From contig OZ024748.1 in the NCBI GenBank assembly GCA_964016885.1, forward strand, positions 57,970,001 through 58,034,000: a stretch of 64,000 bases of DNA, read 5' to 3'. Shown piece after piece: positions 1 through 12,602 of the stretch (the first letter of the stretch is position 1; the number at the start of each line of letters is the position of its first letter). The stretch is from Eledone cirrhosa (taxonomy: Eukaryota). Below the pieces are notes generated by a model. The model was not told where the DNA came from. It did no database searches and saw nothing but the letters and a program-made list of their open reading frames with translations. The position numbers and the translations under genes were made by a program.

Positions 1-721
1 ATAATTTTATTTTTATCATTCTGTCTGCGTCTTGGTAAATATTTCAAACAAATGTGGTTCTTCAATCCTCATAATATGAGACACACGATTTACCGTGTTT
101 ATTACTATATAGATTATTGTTATAATGCTCAGTATTTATACTTTGAGCTTCTTAATTGCAGGGTCCAGTATGAGTTATTAACTCTACCTTTCATTTATAT
201 ATATATATATATATAAATTTATATACACATACATACATAGTGAGTAATGGAAAATGGTTTATATCATATAGATATTGAAGATGTAGTGGTGTATATAGAT
301 TATTAATGTTAAAATATTTCTCTGAAGATATCAAACATTGCTTTCATGTACATTATGAGTAGTTAATATTTTAAGTCCATATAAAATAAAAATGTGTATC
401 TATTTTTTTATACCATCTGCTAGAATATTATTATTTGCAAAAGTTATTCATTTTACCTCATTAGCATTCGTTCAGGTAGACAGATACATTAACATTTTAC
501 TCTCCGTATTGTCTATTTACATTCATTAACAACGATTCCTATATGAAAAATCTCGGTCACAGATATACTGACAACCACAAACATTCGCACGCAGGCACGC
601 TCACATGCACACACACACACGCACACACACCCAAACACACACACGCGCACGCGCGCGCGCGCACGCACGCACACACAACCCACACAATACTTAAATATAA
701 CAATATAACTATATATATATA

Positions 722-1348
722 CTACCCGAATTACCCGCGCCTTGCTGCGTTTCACACATTTTATTTTGTAAGAAAATGATGATTGGTTTTAAATCAGTGA
801 TATAATTTATGGAGAAAAAATAAAGGGAAAATGTTAAAAAGTAGAGGCATTAACTAATAATTTTTGTTGCCATAATTTTAGTGATGTTTTGCCATAGATG
901 AAATATATATATTAGGCAAAATTTACTATAAAAGGGAGGTGCTTTTTTGTTTATTTACGTTTAATTAATAGAGAAACCCCGTGATAATAGAGGTTCCAAT
1001 AGTCAAGTTATGGGCTTCCAATATTTTCACTATAGGGGGTTTAACCCCCATTAGTGTGTCTTAATATTATTGACATTTGATGAAATTTTGAGAACCTGCA
1101 TCGTTACCTGTCATTTACTTATGGTTTAAATTTCATATAAATCGAAGGGAAAAAGGTTTCAGCGGGGGCAAGCGGAGGTTTGTGGCCCCGGAAAAACCCT
1201 TTGATGAACATTAAATATACTTATCCAAGTGCCCTGGACAATGTAGTTTCAGAATATATATGGTTATGTGGGTCTATCTCAAACATCATAGGAGGTTTTC
1301 GTGAAGAAACAAGCAAACGGACAGGAACTACAACTTTATATATATAGA
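722..1348 (-). mobile_element. Non-autonomous Helitron-like element
   Basis: Minus strand starts TCTATATATATAAAG after an A. It ends in a GC-rich subterminal segment (CGCAGCAAGGCGCGGG) followed by GTAG|T, a variant of the Helitron CTAG end. No TIR or TSD seen. Confidence 0.6.
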
Positions 1349-1633
1349 TATATATTTACCGTTTCTAAAAATAAAAGATAGTTAGATAGGATTAAATCAC
1401 ACTTAATGCCGTGCGTGTACGCCTCACTGGCTTGGTATCCTCAGGTCAGTCTGCCTTCTCACCCCTTACCCTCCGTTTTTCAGACCTGCTTTGCCCCACC
1501 AACCCCCCGCCGCTACGAAGGAATTTAACTATATACAGGACATCCCAGATCATTGATCAATCCCCGTAACAGACAAGGAAAACAAGATAATTTTGCTTTT
1601 TTTGCTTTGACTGCATAGACATATATGAACTGT

Positions 1634-1729
1634 ACCCCGTGATAAGTTCAGGTTGATTGACGCCGTACTAAATATTGGTGGCTTAGTTCGGATCTAAATT
1701 TCGAAACGTCGGATCCCAGCCGTCGGGGT
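1634..1729 (+). ncRNA. Degenerate type I hammerhead-like motif (PLE pLTR remnant)
   Basis: ACCCC-gTGATaA...CGAAACG..GGATCC..CGTC-GGGGT: stem I ACCCC/GGGGT, two core mismatches, GUC triplet. The 3' end resembles those at 31141, 60018 and 61668. Confidence 0.4.
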
Positions 1730-1742
1730 CCTGACTCGTTTC

Positions 1743-1800
1743 ATGTATGTATGTATGTATGTATGTATGTATGTATGTATGTATGTATGTATGTATGTAT
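1743..1800 (+). repeat. (ATGT)n microsatellite
   Basis: Direct read. Confidence 0.95.
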
Positions 1801-2479
1801 AATGTATATATGTATTAGAGGGTAAGAGAGAGAGAGAGAGAGTGATCCAGCTATATAGTTTGTTAGACCAGAATCTATATTATCTATATTAAGCATTCGT
1901 GATCAATCTAATGCGCAACAGATGAGCACATGCCTGTGATGTAAAAACATATCTGATATTTTATGTAAACTAGGATTTAATGTGTTGTATTGTGTATTAT
2001 ATTTAGCCATTGATAAGTAACCACAATTTCAATTCTGGAATATACCATCTCTTTCTTATTAATTGAAGCATTGTGCCATGCTCAAAAAATACCTTTCGAA
2101 ACACATTACAATTCAGTGTGTTACAAATTATTTGATACAAACATGTCAGTCTCTGTTATCAAACTTTATTCGCATTACCTAAGTAACTCTGTACAATTAT
2201 AATCTGAATCCCAATAACTGATGTTCACTCAATAGAAGAGATGGAAAGCAGAAATGTCTTCTTAATTGAATCGGTATTACTATAAACCTCAAGGCATGTT
2301 AACGCCCAAGATCACTAAGTATCAAAGCTCCCATAAGAAAAAGATAAGATGTCATACAATGTACTTGAACGTTTAACCCAATGGCTACCGCGATCTATAT
2401 TTGCATTTATTTAAACGCAGCGATGATATTAAGTACTAAAATTGAGAACCATCCTATAGAGATATAGTACCATATAAAG

Positions 2480-2690
2480 TAAAATGCAAGCAAAGACCAC
2501 AAAATGACAGTAACTAATGCAAATCTGCATGCTACACGGTAAAAACAGAACATAGTAACGGCAGGGTATGAGGAGGTGGTAAATAATCTATCAACCACAT
2601 TATGTCTGGCTGCCGAGTCTTAGTCAAAAGAGAATACGTCGTCAGTCATGTTAGAATAGAGGGATACATACACTGGAATTATCGGCTCAA
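2480..2690 (+). mobile_element. Decayed R4/Dong-type non-LTR retrotransposon fragment (zinc-knuckle region)
   Basis: Translates as INHIMSGCRVLVKREYVVSHVRIEGYIHWN, matching the HIxSGC..L...EY..RH....YIHW pattern of RLE-encoding LINEs. Confidence 0.6.
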
Positions 2691-3362
2691 TAGAAGATAT
2701 TAAATTGAACTTTCTTCAAAATTAAAATCGTTTTGTCCCACTCATGTAATTTTAAAAAAATATTTCTATACGGAAATATTGCCAGGAAGATTATGTTCGT
2801 GAAAAGAACAGGCCATTCTGAAAAAGGATGACAGTACCCTGTTTGTATATTTAGGTGCTGTACACCACGAATAAAATACCCTGTTTCAACATATATCAGG
2901 TCATTATGTATGTAATATCAGATTTCGAATTGAAATTACATGCGGAAATCAGACGTTATCTACTTAATGACAGAGTACAAACTGATGGACGACGAACCAT
3001 GTTAAATACTTATAGTTTCCGATTTTCTCTCAAATGGTGTTTTGGCAAAGAAATATCAATGTTTCAGTAGAGTAATCTATTATATAACCATATAGAAACG
3101 AAAACTAAACTCTAACTGTTTGATCTAATAGAAAACATTGCATACCGTTTGAATTCAAATCAGATCCGTATGTCACGATAACATAAGCGACAGCAATATT
3201 GTATACAATGACGTCTATTGGCATCAGGGGAACAACATAGCATGTGTAAAGATACAAGCACAGCTGCAAAACTGTAAATACTGAAATGGGAGTGATAGCG
3301 AAAACCGCACAATACAAAAACAAATGCATAACTATGAATCTGACTGCTGCAAATACCACATA

Positions 3363-3364
3363 AT

Positions 3365-3441
<77 letters not shown>
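3363..3441. repeat. (TA)n microsatellite
   Basis: Direct read. Confidence 0.95.
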
Positions 3442-3444
<3 letters not shown>

Positions 3445-3819
3445 GTATTTTATAGGAACCAATAGAATTCCACAGTTTGAAGCTCACAGCACTCTTCATA
3501 TGTGTATTTTATATATTATATCCATTTAATAATTGTAATATTAATAAAACATTTCCCTCCTAGCAAATCCAATTTTCCAGTTACCATATTTTCTTGTCGG
3601 TTTGCAAAACCACAGAATGTTTGAAGTTTGCCAGATGTTGCACCATAATAACTTCGCGAAATAATATATTTACATGACAATCCTTTCATTTTAATATAAA
3701 CATTTAAAGAAAATATCAACTTATAGTGTAATCTTTTCTTCCTCTACCTTTTCTCCACCTCCTTCTTCTTTTCCTTCATATTTTTCTTCTGTTCCTTCAT
3801 ATCTCATTTCTTCTTCATT

Positions 3820-3937
3820 AATTGTTTCTACTTTTGGCACAAGGCCAGCAATTAACCAGTGCTTTACTGGTACTTTATTTTATCGACCCCGTAAGGATGA
3901 AAGGCAAAGTCAACTTCGGCGGGATTTGAACTCAGAT
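3820..3937 (-). mobile_element. 5'-truncated tRNA-derived SINE (dominant family)
   Basis: Minus-strand B box GAGTTCAAATCC plus the family body GACTTTGCCTTTCATCCTTACGGGGTCGATAAAATAAAGTACCAGT. Confidence 0.9.
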
Positions 3938-3949
3938 TACTGCATTACT

Positions 3950-4590
3950 GAGCACAGCTCTATGGGCAGTTTGGTTCTTACTACAGTTGTTACCATTGTA
4001 TTGATATCACTCTTAGTAATATATATCGAAGCAGTGCTATTCTTGTATGCTGTATATATTTGTAAGTCCTGGACTTAGGTTATGTATCCGTCTGTGTGGT
4101 TTTATCACCTTCAGAGCACCTATTATTATATGTATTGTCTCTTTCTTCATCATCAACATTTGGGTTATTTCTATCTCTAGATCTTTATATTTGGATAGTT
4201 TCTCAATTTCGGTGGTAGAGATATCGTCGTATGAACATCAATCAGGAGATATCGTTTACTTGTATTCTTTGACAATAATATCTGGTCGGTTGATTTTGAT
4301 ATCATCTAAATGTATTGGCATATTCCAGAGAACGGTTGCTTTGTCATGCTAAGACATCTTTTAGGTATTTGTCTATCCCACCTCTTTCCTGTTGCCACCT
4401 CTTTCGCCATAATTCTAGTGCAAATATGTCTCTATCCTAACTTGACTGTGGATGTATTCCTTGCTGTCTAAGTCTGGGCATATAGTGAATTGTTTCCTCC
4501 CTCCCTTCTTATATTCTGAAGTTACTTTGTTCTACTTCTTGATGTGTTTTTGGTGGTTTCTAGTGATAGGCTTTGTTCTTGAGCTGCAAT
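3950..4590 (-). mobile_element. Decayed R4/Dong-type LINE 3' end (restriction-like endonuclease)
   Basis: Minus strand reads ATVLWNMPIHLDDIKINRPDIIVKE...LLIDV...EIEKLSKYKDLEIEITQM...IIIGAL with frameshifts. This is the RPD...KY..L pattern of the RLE domain. Confidence 0.8.
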
Positions 4591-4596
4591 TTACTC

Positions 4597-5372
4597 TTAT
4601 TAGCAATAATAATTGTTTCTACTTCTGGCACAAGGCAAGCAATTATCTCAGTGCATTACTGGTACATTTTATTTAACCCATAATAATTGTTTCTACTTTA
4701 GCACAAGGCCAGCAAATACCCAGTACATTACTGGTACTTTATTTTATTGACCCCTTAAGGATGAAAGGCAAAGTTAAACTCGGCGGGATTTGAACTCAGA
4801 ATGGCAAGGGCCGTAACTCTATGCGTCAAAGCAAGGCGTCCGACCCTCTACCGATACTGCCAATTCACCGCCCTTTTAACCCATAATATTTAACCCATAA
4901 TAATTGTTTCTACTTTAGGCACAAGGGCAGCAAATACCCAATACATTACTGGTACTTTATTTTATCGACCCCGTAAGGATGAAAAGCAAAGTTAACCTCG
5001 GCGGGATTTGAACTCAGACTGTAAAGGGTCGTAACTATGCTATTTGAACTCAGATCATAAAGGGCCTTAACTCTATGCTGCAACGCATGGCGTCCGACCA
5101 TCTACCGATACTACCAATCCACCGCCCTCAGTAAAAAAATAGTTATTATTAGCAATAATAATAACTGTTTCTATTTTTTGACAAAAGTCCAGCAATAATA
5201 TCAGTACATTACTGGTACTTTAATTTATCGACCCCGTAAGGATGAAAGGCAAAGTTAAACTCGGCGGGATTTGAACTTAGAATGGCAAGGGCCGTAACTC
5301 TATGCGTCAAAGCATGGCATCCGACCCTCTACCGATACTGCCAACGCACCGCCCTATTAGCAATAATAATAA
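4597..5372 (-). mobile_element. Tandem/nested array of four SINE copies
   Basis: Copies at about 4607-4672 (partial), 4683-4873, 4899-5129 and 5160-5354, separated by repeated TTTAACCCATAAT or TATTAGCAATAATAAT. Confidence 0.9.
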
Positions 5373-5397
5373 CATTAGTATTTTATTACTCTTAACG

Positions 5398-5530
5398 GGA
5401 GTTGGTAGAATTGTTAGAGCGTCGGACAAAATGTTTACAGTATTTAGTTATGACTTTCCTCTATCTGAGTTCAAATCCTGCTAGATTTCTTTACCTTTTA
5501 TCCTTCAAGGGTGGATAAAATAAGGTATAG
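5398..5530 (+). mobile_element. Older diverged tRNA SINE
   Basis: A-box-like TTGGTAGAATTGTTAGAGCG, B box GAGTTCAAATCC and a family-like body. Confidence 0.65.
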
Positions 5531-6240
5531 GTTAAAAATCCTACAACACTAAAACTTTATTTCAGGAAATATTACACTTAAAAAAGAAAATATCTCTTCC
5601 TGGAAACAAGAAAACTAAAACGTACAGGTTGCCATCTAACCGTGGAAAAAATACCTGAGTAAAATGTTTCAAGTCACGCTGTGTCATAGCTAATGTTAAT
5701 GTATTCTCAATTTATAAAATACTTGCATTTGATTTCATCTACTGAGAAAGTGCCAAGCTTAGATACGGTATTTTCTATCATGATATCAAATGAAAGTTAG
5801 AGCATACACATATGTATAATTATCTGAATTGTTGCGCTTGACCAGTGTTATCTAATGAGACAGCGGTCGTTGTTGGTGAGTAACTGAAATACGTAGCAAA
5901 TAACAATTAGATTATCAATAATAAAGAGAGAGACAATAAAACCAACTTGTCTTTCATTTCATCTCAACGTAGACGAAGAGATATCACAATCATAAAAATT
6001 GTAGAATATTTAATGCTTAACAATCCATCTGGAAATGAGTTAACAACCGAAACATTTCTAATTAAATATCCATACGGCTTCGTGCTACAATTAGCCCTGT
6101 TAACGTGGATGCAAATATTTAAATTTCCATAAATGTAAATGTAGTTTTATAAGCATAGATGGCACTGAATATGAGGAATAATATTACATTCGCACAGAAA
6201 CTCTCTATCAATAAATATCTCCACACACACACACGCACAC

Positions 6241-6400
6241 GAAGGCACGTGGCTCGGTGGTTATAGAATTAGATTCGCAATCGTTAGTTTCCGAGTTCGA
6301 TTCCATGACAGGGCAATCCGTTTTGTCCCCGAGCAACACATTGTAGTTGACGTCGTCATTCCAGGTGGATATTATCGGGAATGGAAAAATCAATGGAATC
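6241..6400 (+). mobile_element. Second tRNA SINE family, diverged copy
   Basis: GAAGGCACGTGGCTCGGTGG (A box) and GAGTTCGATTCC (B box); similar to 8079. Confidence 0.7.
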
Positions 6401-6478
6401 ATGCTTTCATTGGTCCGATTAGACAAGTTCAACCCCTCTCGTTATGCGAAAGAAATGTAGGAACTTGCGATTGTTCTA

Positions 6479-6508
<30 letters not shown>

Positions 6509-6511
<3 letters not shown>

Positions 6512-7452
6512 AAATGAATACGAGGAACATAAACCATTAAAATATGTTTATATAACAATGCACCTACGAACGTTTCTTTTATCAAGAGCATGGAAAAAAA
6601 AATTATCAATACGCGACCCAGGATGGGTGCATGTGTTGTTATTCCATCAGAGCAGGGGGAGTAACTCTGGCCGGTGCTCGACCAATCATGTCCTACTTGG
6701 TTTTTTATCCATTTATATGGTGGCATTTGTGTTATATGGGTTATATTGGTGCTGTTTCACTAATGCAGGTTCGAGCCAAGTCTGGAATGCACATTTATTA
6801 TTTTGTGGGTGTTGTTTTACTCATGCCGGTTCGTGCAGTGTCTGGGATGTACATTTGGTGCACAGATGTTTGTTTACACCGCCTACCCACCGTAGTGTTA
6901 TGGTTTGGGCAGGTGGAACAGTTTATAGTGTTCATGCCACAGTCGCTTCCCAGGCGAATTCCGAGGCCTGTACTCGGTGCTTACAGTTTATGACTGATTC
7001 AGCCCTGCTGTTTATGTGCTCGTGGGGTGTTCTTATGATGTAGTAAAGCTCCATGCGGCAAAGCTGGCATTTCCTCTTGAAGTTGTAGGGTGCAGCCCTA
7101 CCGACAATATCCCAGTGTGTAGAGAAGCTGATGTTGGCGTCTTTTAATGTAGTGACGTAATTGGCAAGCGATGTGGAGTGCCTTATTTTTTTGTTCCTGA
7201 AAGAGTGGAGATAAGTCCACTCTGGGCGAAACGTACGTAGGTGCATTGTTATATAAACGTGTTTTAACGGTTTATACTCCTTGTATTCATTTCTTTTATA
7301 ATCGCTCTGCTTATTTTTTCTCGCCCACTAAATATTAACGCTTCTAATATTTAACCCTGTAGACACGAGTATTGAGCACATTTGCACAAACGGTTGGCAA
7401 CTAAATATATGTATCGTCCATCTTTCCTTTTTTCTCTCTCTCAATACTAAAT

Positions 7453-7457
<5 letters not shown>
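6509..7457 (-). mobile_element. Truncated Penelope-like element with inverted pLTR end, inside (TA)n
   Basis: Minus ORF 6932-7246 reads HSFRNKK..HSTSLANYV..LKD.NI.F..HWDIV..AAPY..KRKCQLCRMELYYII...INSRAE...CKH, the PLE GIY-YIG C-terminus. Inverted arms of ~67 bp at 6509-6576 and 7228-7295; (TA)n on both sides. Confidence 0.85.
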
Positions 7458-7519
<62 letters not shown>

Positions 7520-7634
7520 AGCCATGTCTCTCCATGTGTGTTTATTTTCATAATTCCGCACAAGGTGAACTACCCTGCTTTTAAATTCCCTTTCTGGTAT
7601 ATTTTGGGAGCGGATTTTGGGTTATCGTGTAGAG

Positions 7635-7713
7635 CTCTACTGAGGAACGAATCCTACCGTGACTAATACCACTGGAAAGTTTCGTGAAATAGTATTTTTA
7701 AGATAAAATAGAG
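7635..7713 (+). ncRNA. Hammerhead-like motif with extended stem II
   Basis: CTCTA-CTGAGGA-ACGAA...TTCGT-GAAA...TAGAG. Core and stem II are intact; the cleavage triplet is unclear. Confidence 0.5.
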
Positions 7714-7963
7714 TATTTGTAGTTTTTTAAAATTGAAGGATGAGTATTTAAACTTTATTTTATTCTGAGTTAAGCCTCTATTGGTTTTTTCCCTGGATTT
7801 CACAAAATCTGTGGATAAAGTCTCTGTCTTGATTTTTTTGAATTGAGTTTGAATTATTTTCCCATATCGTACTTTAATTATTTTCCATTCTGACGTTATA
7901 GTCACTTATATATTAGGAAATACTGTTGGCTCCTTCTTACATTAATTTCTATATTTTCATTTT

Positions 7964-8075
<112 letters not shown>

Positions 8076-8078
8076 GTG

Positions 8079-8292
8079 AAGGCGTGTGGCTGAGTGGTTA
8101 GAGAATTGGATTCACAATCTTGAGGTTGTGAGTTCGATTCCTGGACCGGGCGATGCGTTATGTCCTTGAGCAGGACACTTTATTTCAAGTTGCTCCTTCT
8201 ACCTGGAGTTGCGACCGATAGATAGTACTAGCAACTGGAAAGACCAACGGAAACATTATTTCCTCGATCCGATTTGTCGAAAGGCGATCGAT
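8079..8292 (+). mobile_element. tRNA SINE, second family
   Basis: GTGGCTGAGTGGTTAGA (A box), GAGTTCGATTCC (B box), GTCCTTGAGCAGGACACTT central motif and an A-rich tail. Confidence 0.85.
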
Positions 8293-8632
8293 AAAAAAAA
8301 AAATATATATATATATATAATGTATAAAAATCAATACAATATAATTACCTCATTACCAGAGGTTTCCCAAATGAGGCGAATACGAAAGAAACGTCTTCAT
8401 TCGTTCGTCAGACGAGGCAATTATAAATGAAAGTTAGAGTTAATAACTCATACTGAAACCCTGTAATCAATAAGCTCAAAGTATAAATACTGAGCATTAT
8501 AATAATATATGTAGTAAGAAACACAGTAAATCGTGTGTCTAATATTACGAGGGTTGAAAATATATATATATTGTGTGTGCCTGAGGATGTCTAACTGTCT
8601 GTCTGTTTGTATTCATGCATGGGTTTGTACCT

Positions 8633-8806
8633 GTGGATTGGCAGTATCGGTAGAGGGTCGGATGCCATGCTTTCCAGCATAGTTACGTCCCTTTACAGTC
8701 TGAGTTCAAATCCCGCTGAGGTTGACTTTGCCTTTCATCGTTACGGGGTCGATAAAGTACCATTAATTGCTGGCCTTGTGCCAAAAAGTAGAAACAATTA
8801 TTATTA
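8633..8806 (+). mobile_element. tRNA SINE, dominant family
   Basis: TGGCAGTATCGGTAGAG head, B box, and 3' GCTGGCCTTGTGCCAAAAGTAGAAACAATTATTATT. Confidence 0.9.
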
Positions 8807-8998
8807 TTTGCAGTAATATTATATCTCGTCTGACTCATTATTTCTAAGATCACAAGTTTTCCTGACCTGACAACATTGATATTAGTGTAATACGAATCAA
8901 TTTATATCAGTGTTTTTACTGAGAATTGCTGCTATTTCTTGCTGTCTGTCCGCTAGACTATAACAATTGCCCGTACACGTTCTATAGTGTTATCATTA

Positions 8999-9131
8999 TT
9001 GGCAGTATCGGTAGAGGGTCGGACGCCATGCTTTCCAGCATAGTTACGTCCCTTTACGTGGTCGATAAAATAAGGTACCAGTAATGCACTGGATAAGTGC
9101 TGGCCTTGTGCCAAAAGTACAAACAATTATT
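8999..9131 (+). mobile_element. Internally deleted SINE, dominant family
   Basis: Same head and tail as 8633; B-box segment missing. Confidence 0.85.
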
Positions 9132-10047
9132 TTGTTAGCCAATATCATTTCACATCGGATTTCCCCACCAGGGTTTTTTAATTTGTATGCCTTGCATCAG
9201 TTTATCTATAATTCACAATGAAATTATGGGTAGGAAATTTATAATATATTATTGTATCCCTAAGGTAGTAATAGTGCTGTTACGTTTTAACACAAAAATC
9301 ATACTCAACAAGATAGAAATTTGGAATTCACTGTATTTTTGAAACGGAATCTGTAAGAATTAGTAAACATATGAAGAGCTGTTAAATGAATGTTGAGATA
9401 TTACTCGATATGCATAAATGTCAGTGCTATTCCGGTACGTGTCACGTTACTGTATAGGAGCTAATATATTGATGAAAGTTTATAAATATCTTCATATTGC
9501 TCTTACAGAAATAACTTTTGTCAATGGCCATTAGCGAATATATATTTTCTTTGTGAGTGTACATTACCGGTTACATAAGAATATTCAATGTGGACAACAT
9601 GTCTCAAAATAAATGAGTTTTTCACGCGATTTATCGTGACAGGGCTTGATTTAATATACTGAAATAATTATTCGTCTCAGTGTCTTAAGAATCAAATAAT
9701 ATCTGTATATGAATATTTAGCTAAACATTCAACTCTCTCTCTCTCTCTCTCACACACACTCCTCGTCTCCCCCTCACCTACCACCCATACCTTTGTCATC
9801 GTCCCCTCTTCCCCTACCACTCTGGACAGCTGAGAGCCTCCTCCTCGCTTGGCGTTTGCCTATCATTCCCAAAACATTCGCCTTCAGAATCGCCCCTGAT
9901 TCTTCTCCAAAATGGATGACTGAAAGCACACGTGTATTTCTCTCCCCCAAAATGTCCGTTCCTTCCACTTTGCAAAGTCTTGCTTTTTATTTCATCTATT
10001 ATTTCTCATTGTACTGTTTCACTTCCTTTGTTGTTACTGATTATATT

Positions 10048-10486
10048 ACACACACTGACACACACTCACCGTCACTCATACACACACTTATACACACACT
10101 CATACACACACACTCACATACACACACACTCTCACACACACACACACTCACACACACTCATACACACACTCACACACACTCATACACACACTTATACACA
10201 CACTCATACACACACTTATACACACACTCATACACACTTATACACACACTCATACACACACACTCACATACACACACACTCTCACACACACACACACTCA
10301 CACACACTCATACACACACTTATACACACACTCATACACACTTATACACACACTCATACACACACATTCACATACACACACACTCACACACAGTCATACA
10401 TACACTCACATACACTCATACACACACTCACAGACACTCATACACACACTTATACACACACACACACACACTCTCACATATACCCT

Positions 10487-10527
<41 letters not shown>

Positions 10528-10575
10528 ACACATTCACACACACACTCACACACTCTGACACACAGACACACACAT
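10048..10575. repeat. CA-rich compound mini/microsatellite
   Basis: Units CACACACTCATA and CACACACTTATA. This repeat produces the His/Thr ORFs at 9793 and 9932. Confidence 0.95.
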
Positions 10576-11123
10576 CATTACTGTTTAGCCTCCATTTATC
10601 CCTGCCTGCATGGGTTAGCCGTATCGTCCAGGTTGGGGACACGTCTGGCCGTAGTTGCATACACTGTAACGTGCTCCGACGAGGATTGACATTTTTGTCG
10701 GGTATTTTACAGCTAGATGCGCTTCATATCCCGAACCATTTGGATATATATATATATATAGCAATATCCGGAGTAAACAGATCCACCCGCGCACTTCACT
10801 GAGTGATCTACTCTGCATACTGTAGTGTCGGTAGCTAACCAGCACATACTGAAATTTACATATATATAGAAGAATCGGAGACGAGCTCATATACGATACC
10901 ATATGTAATATGTTATTAAATATGTTATGATGCAACGCTGAATCTTTGTTCCTTTATTAGCATAGTATATATATATATATAAATTAAAATAATAAATTAA
11001 AGTTTCCAAAAAGGGTTTGATAAGGATAAATATATATAACTATTTGCTCTAAGGTTCTTATATATTTGATATATATTTATCCTTATCGAGCCCTCTTTGT
11101 ATTATAGTCTTCACATTTATTAT

Positions 11124-11261
<138 letters not shown>

Positions 11262-11964
11262 TACGTATTGCAGATACGACTTATATGCACACATGTTATG
11301 TGAACTTCACTTGTGTTCTTTCTTATTCTGTGATTCTAAACTAACACAGAATTTATTCGTACACAACTTTAAATAAATGGCTGTATGAACGTCAATTCTT
11401 TTCGGGTTCTACGTCCTATTTTGCTAGACATAATCTGGCGAGAACAACAACGACAAGGCTGTTAAACCACGATAGAAATATCATGCAATATAACCATTAA
11501 CGTATCCAGATGAAATTGTTTATCCATTTCAAACAATAAGAAAAAACATTTCCAAATAATTTACTGTGTATTTCTTAAAACATTGTTGACATTTTTAATA
11601 TAGGAAGCATGCAGTCGTTGCTAAATTCTTTTCTTAAATACATAAATTATTCAAATTATTTTTTAATACTACCTTCATTTTACTTTTAACACGAACCTCA
11701 CTATGTTTTTAAATGTGGATGGCGACTATGATATTTATTGTTCTTAGCTACATCAACAAAGTCTGGGCAAAATAAATACTCAAACATATCTGAAAATAGA
11801 AGAAATAAAACAGAATTGATTTATTAAATGTGAAAGGTTACGAATACCCAGGAGAATATAGTTAATTCTCTACCAAGCAATATTGTCTATTGAAGGTACT
11901 GATTCTAATTAAACTGCACAGCATTCTTTTATTGTAAATTAGTACAACATATATTATGATTATA

Positions 11965-12602
11965 CTAGCAGAGAAAACACGCGAACGGTGGTTTTCTGAT
12001 AGCATGTGTAGTGTGTATTATTATACACAAGTATATAGGCATGAAGATATGATACGTCAAATAAAATTGACAATATACACAGAAATTGAACGAAAACTGT
12101 GTTACACTCTCTTATGTAATCACTAACGTAATCCATGATAGATTAAAAAAGACGATATTATATATCTGCTAGCATGTGTTGTGTGTATATTGATATATAC
12201 GCAATTATATATGCATGTAGATATGATCAAACAAAATCGTAATTGACAATATACGCATAAATTGAAGAGTATGTGTTACACTGCCTTATGTATGTAATCA
12301 GTAACGTAATCCATGATACATAAAAAAAAGCCGATATTATCTATAAACTGCATTAGAAGAAAATTAGTGACAGAAATATCTGAATATTTATTTAAAAGAT
12401 GACTAACCGGAAGTGTTGACATTTAAAAATGTTAAAGAACTTTAAATAAGTAATAACATATATTTGATGGACAGCCACGAAATTTAGTTGATAAATTATG
12501 TAATATTCATTCATTATTTATTCAAAGTAATACAACTTATAATGGGATTAAACAATCATAATCCGTACGCAGTCCCGCGCTTCTTACTTTTTATAGTTTA
12601 GA
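11965..12602 (-). mobile_element. Non-autonomous Helitron-like element with internal ~170-bp tandem duplication
   Basis: Minus strand starts TCTAAACTATAAAAAG and ends ...CGCGTGTTTTCTCTGCTAG, between A and T. Diverged units at 12000-12169 and 12170-12351. Confidence 0.65.

Noticed and set aside
3445-3500. Minus-strand TGAAGA...CAAAC hammerhead-like string
   Set aside because: Both core boxes are mutated and the stems are weak; likewise lone CTGANGA hits at 39278 and 43586.
6558-7043. Plus-strand 161-aa and 120-aa ORFs
   Set aside because: Antisense to a PLE 3' region with short degenerate repeats; no recognisable protein.
8079-8150. tRNA genes (also 6241, 35945, 48010)
   Set aside because: A and B boxes only; no complete cloverleaf, and they continue into repeat bodies.
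9793-10689. 298-aa His/Thr-rich ORF
   Set aside because: Translation of a CA-rich repeat; no domain or splice evidence.
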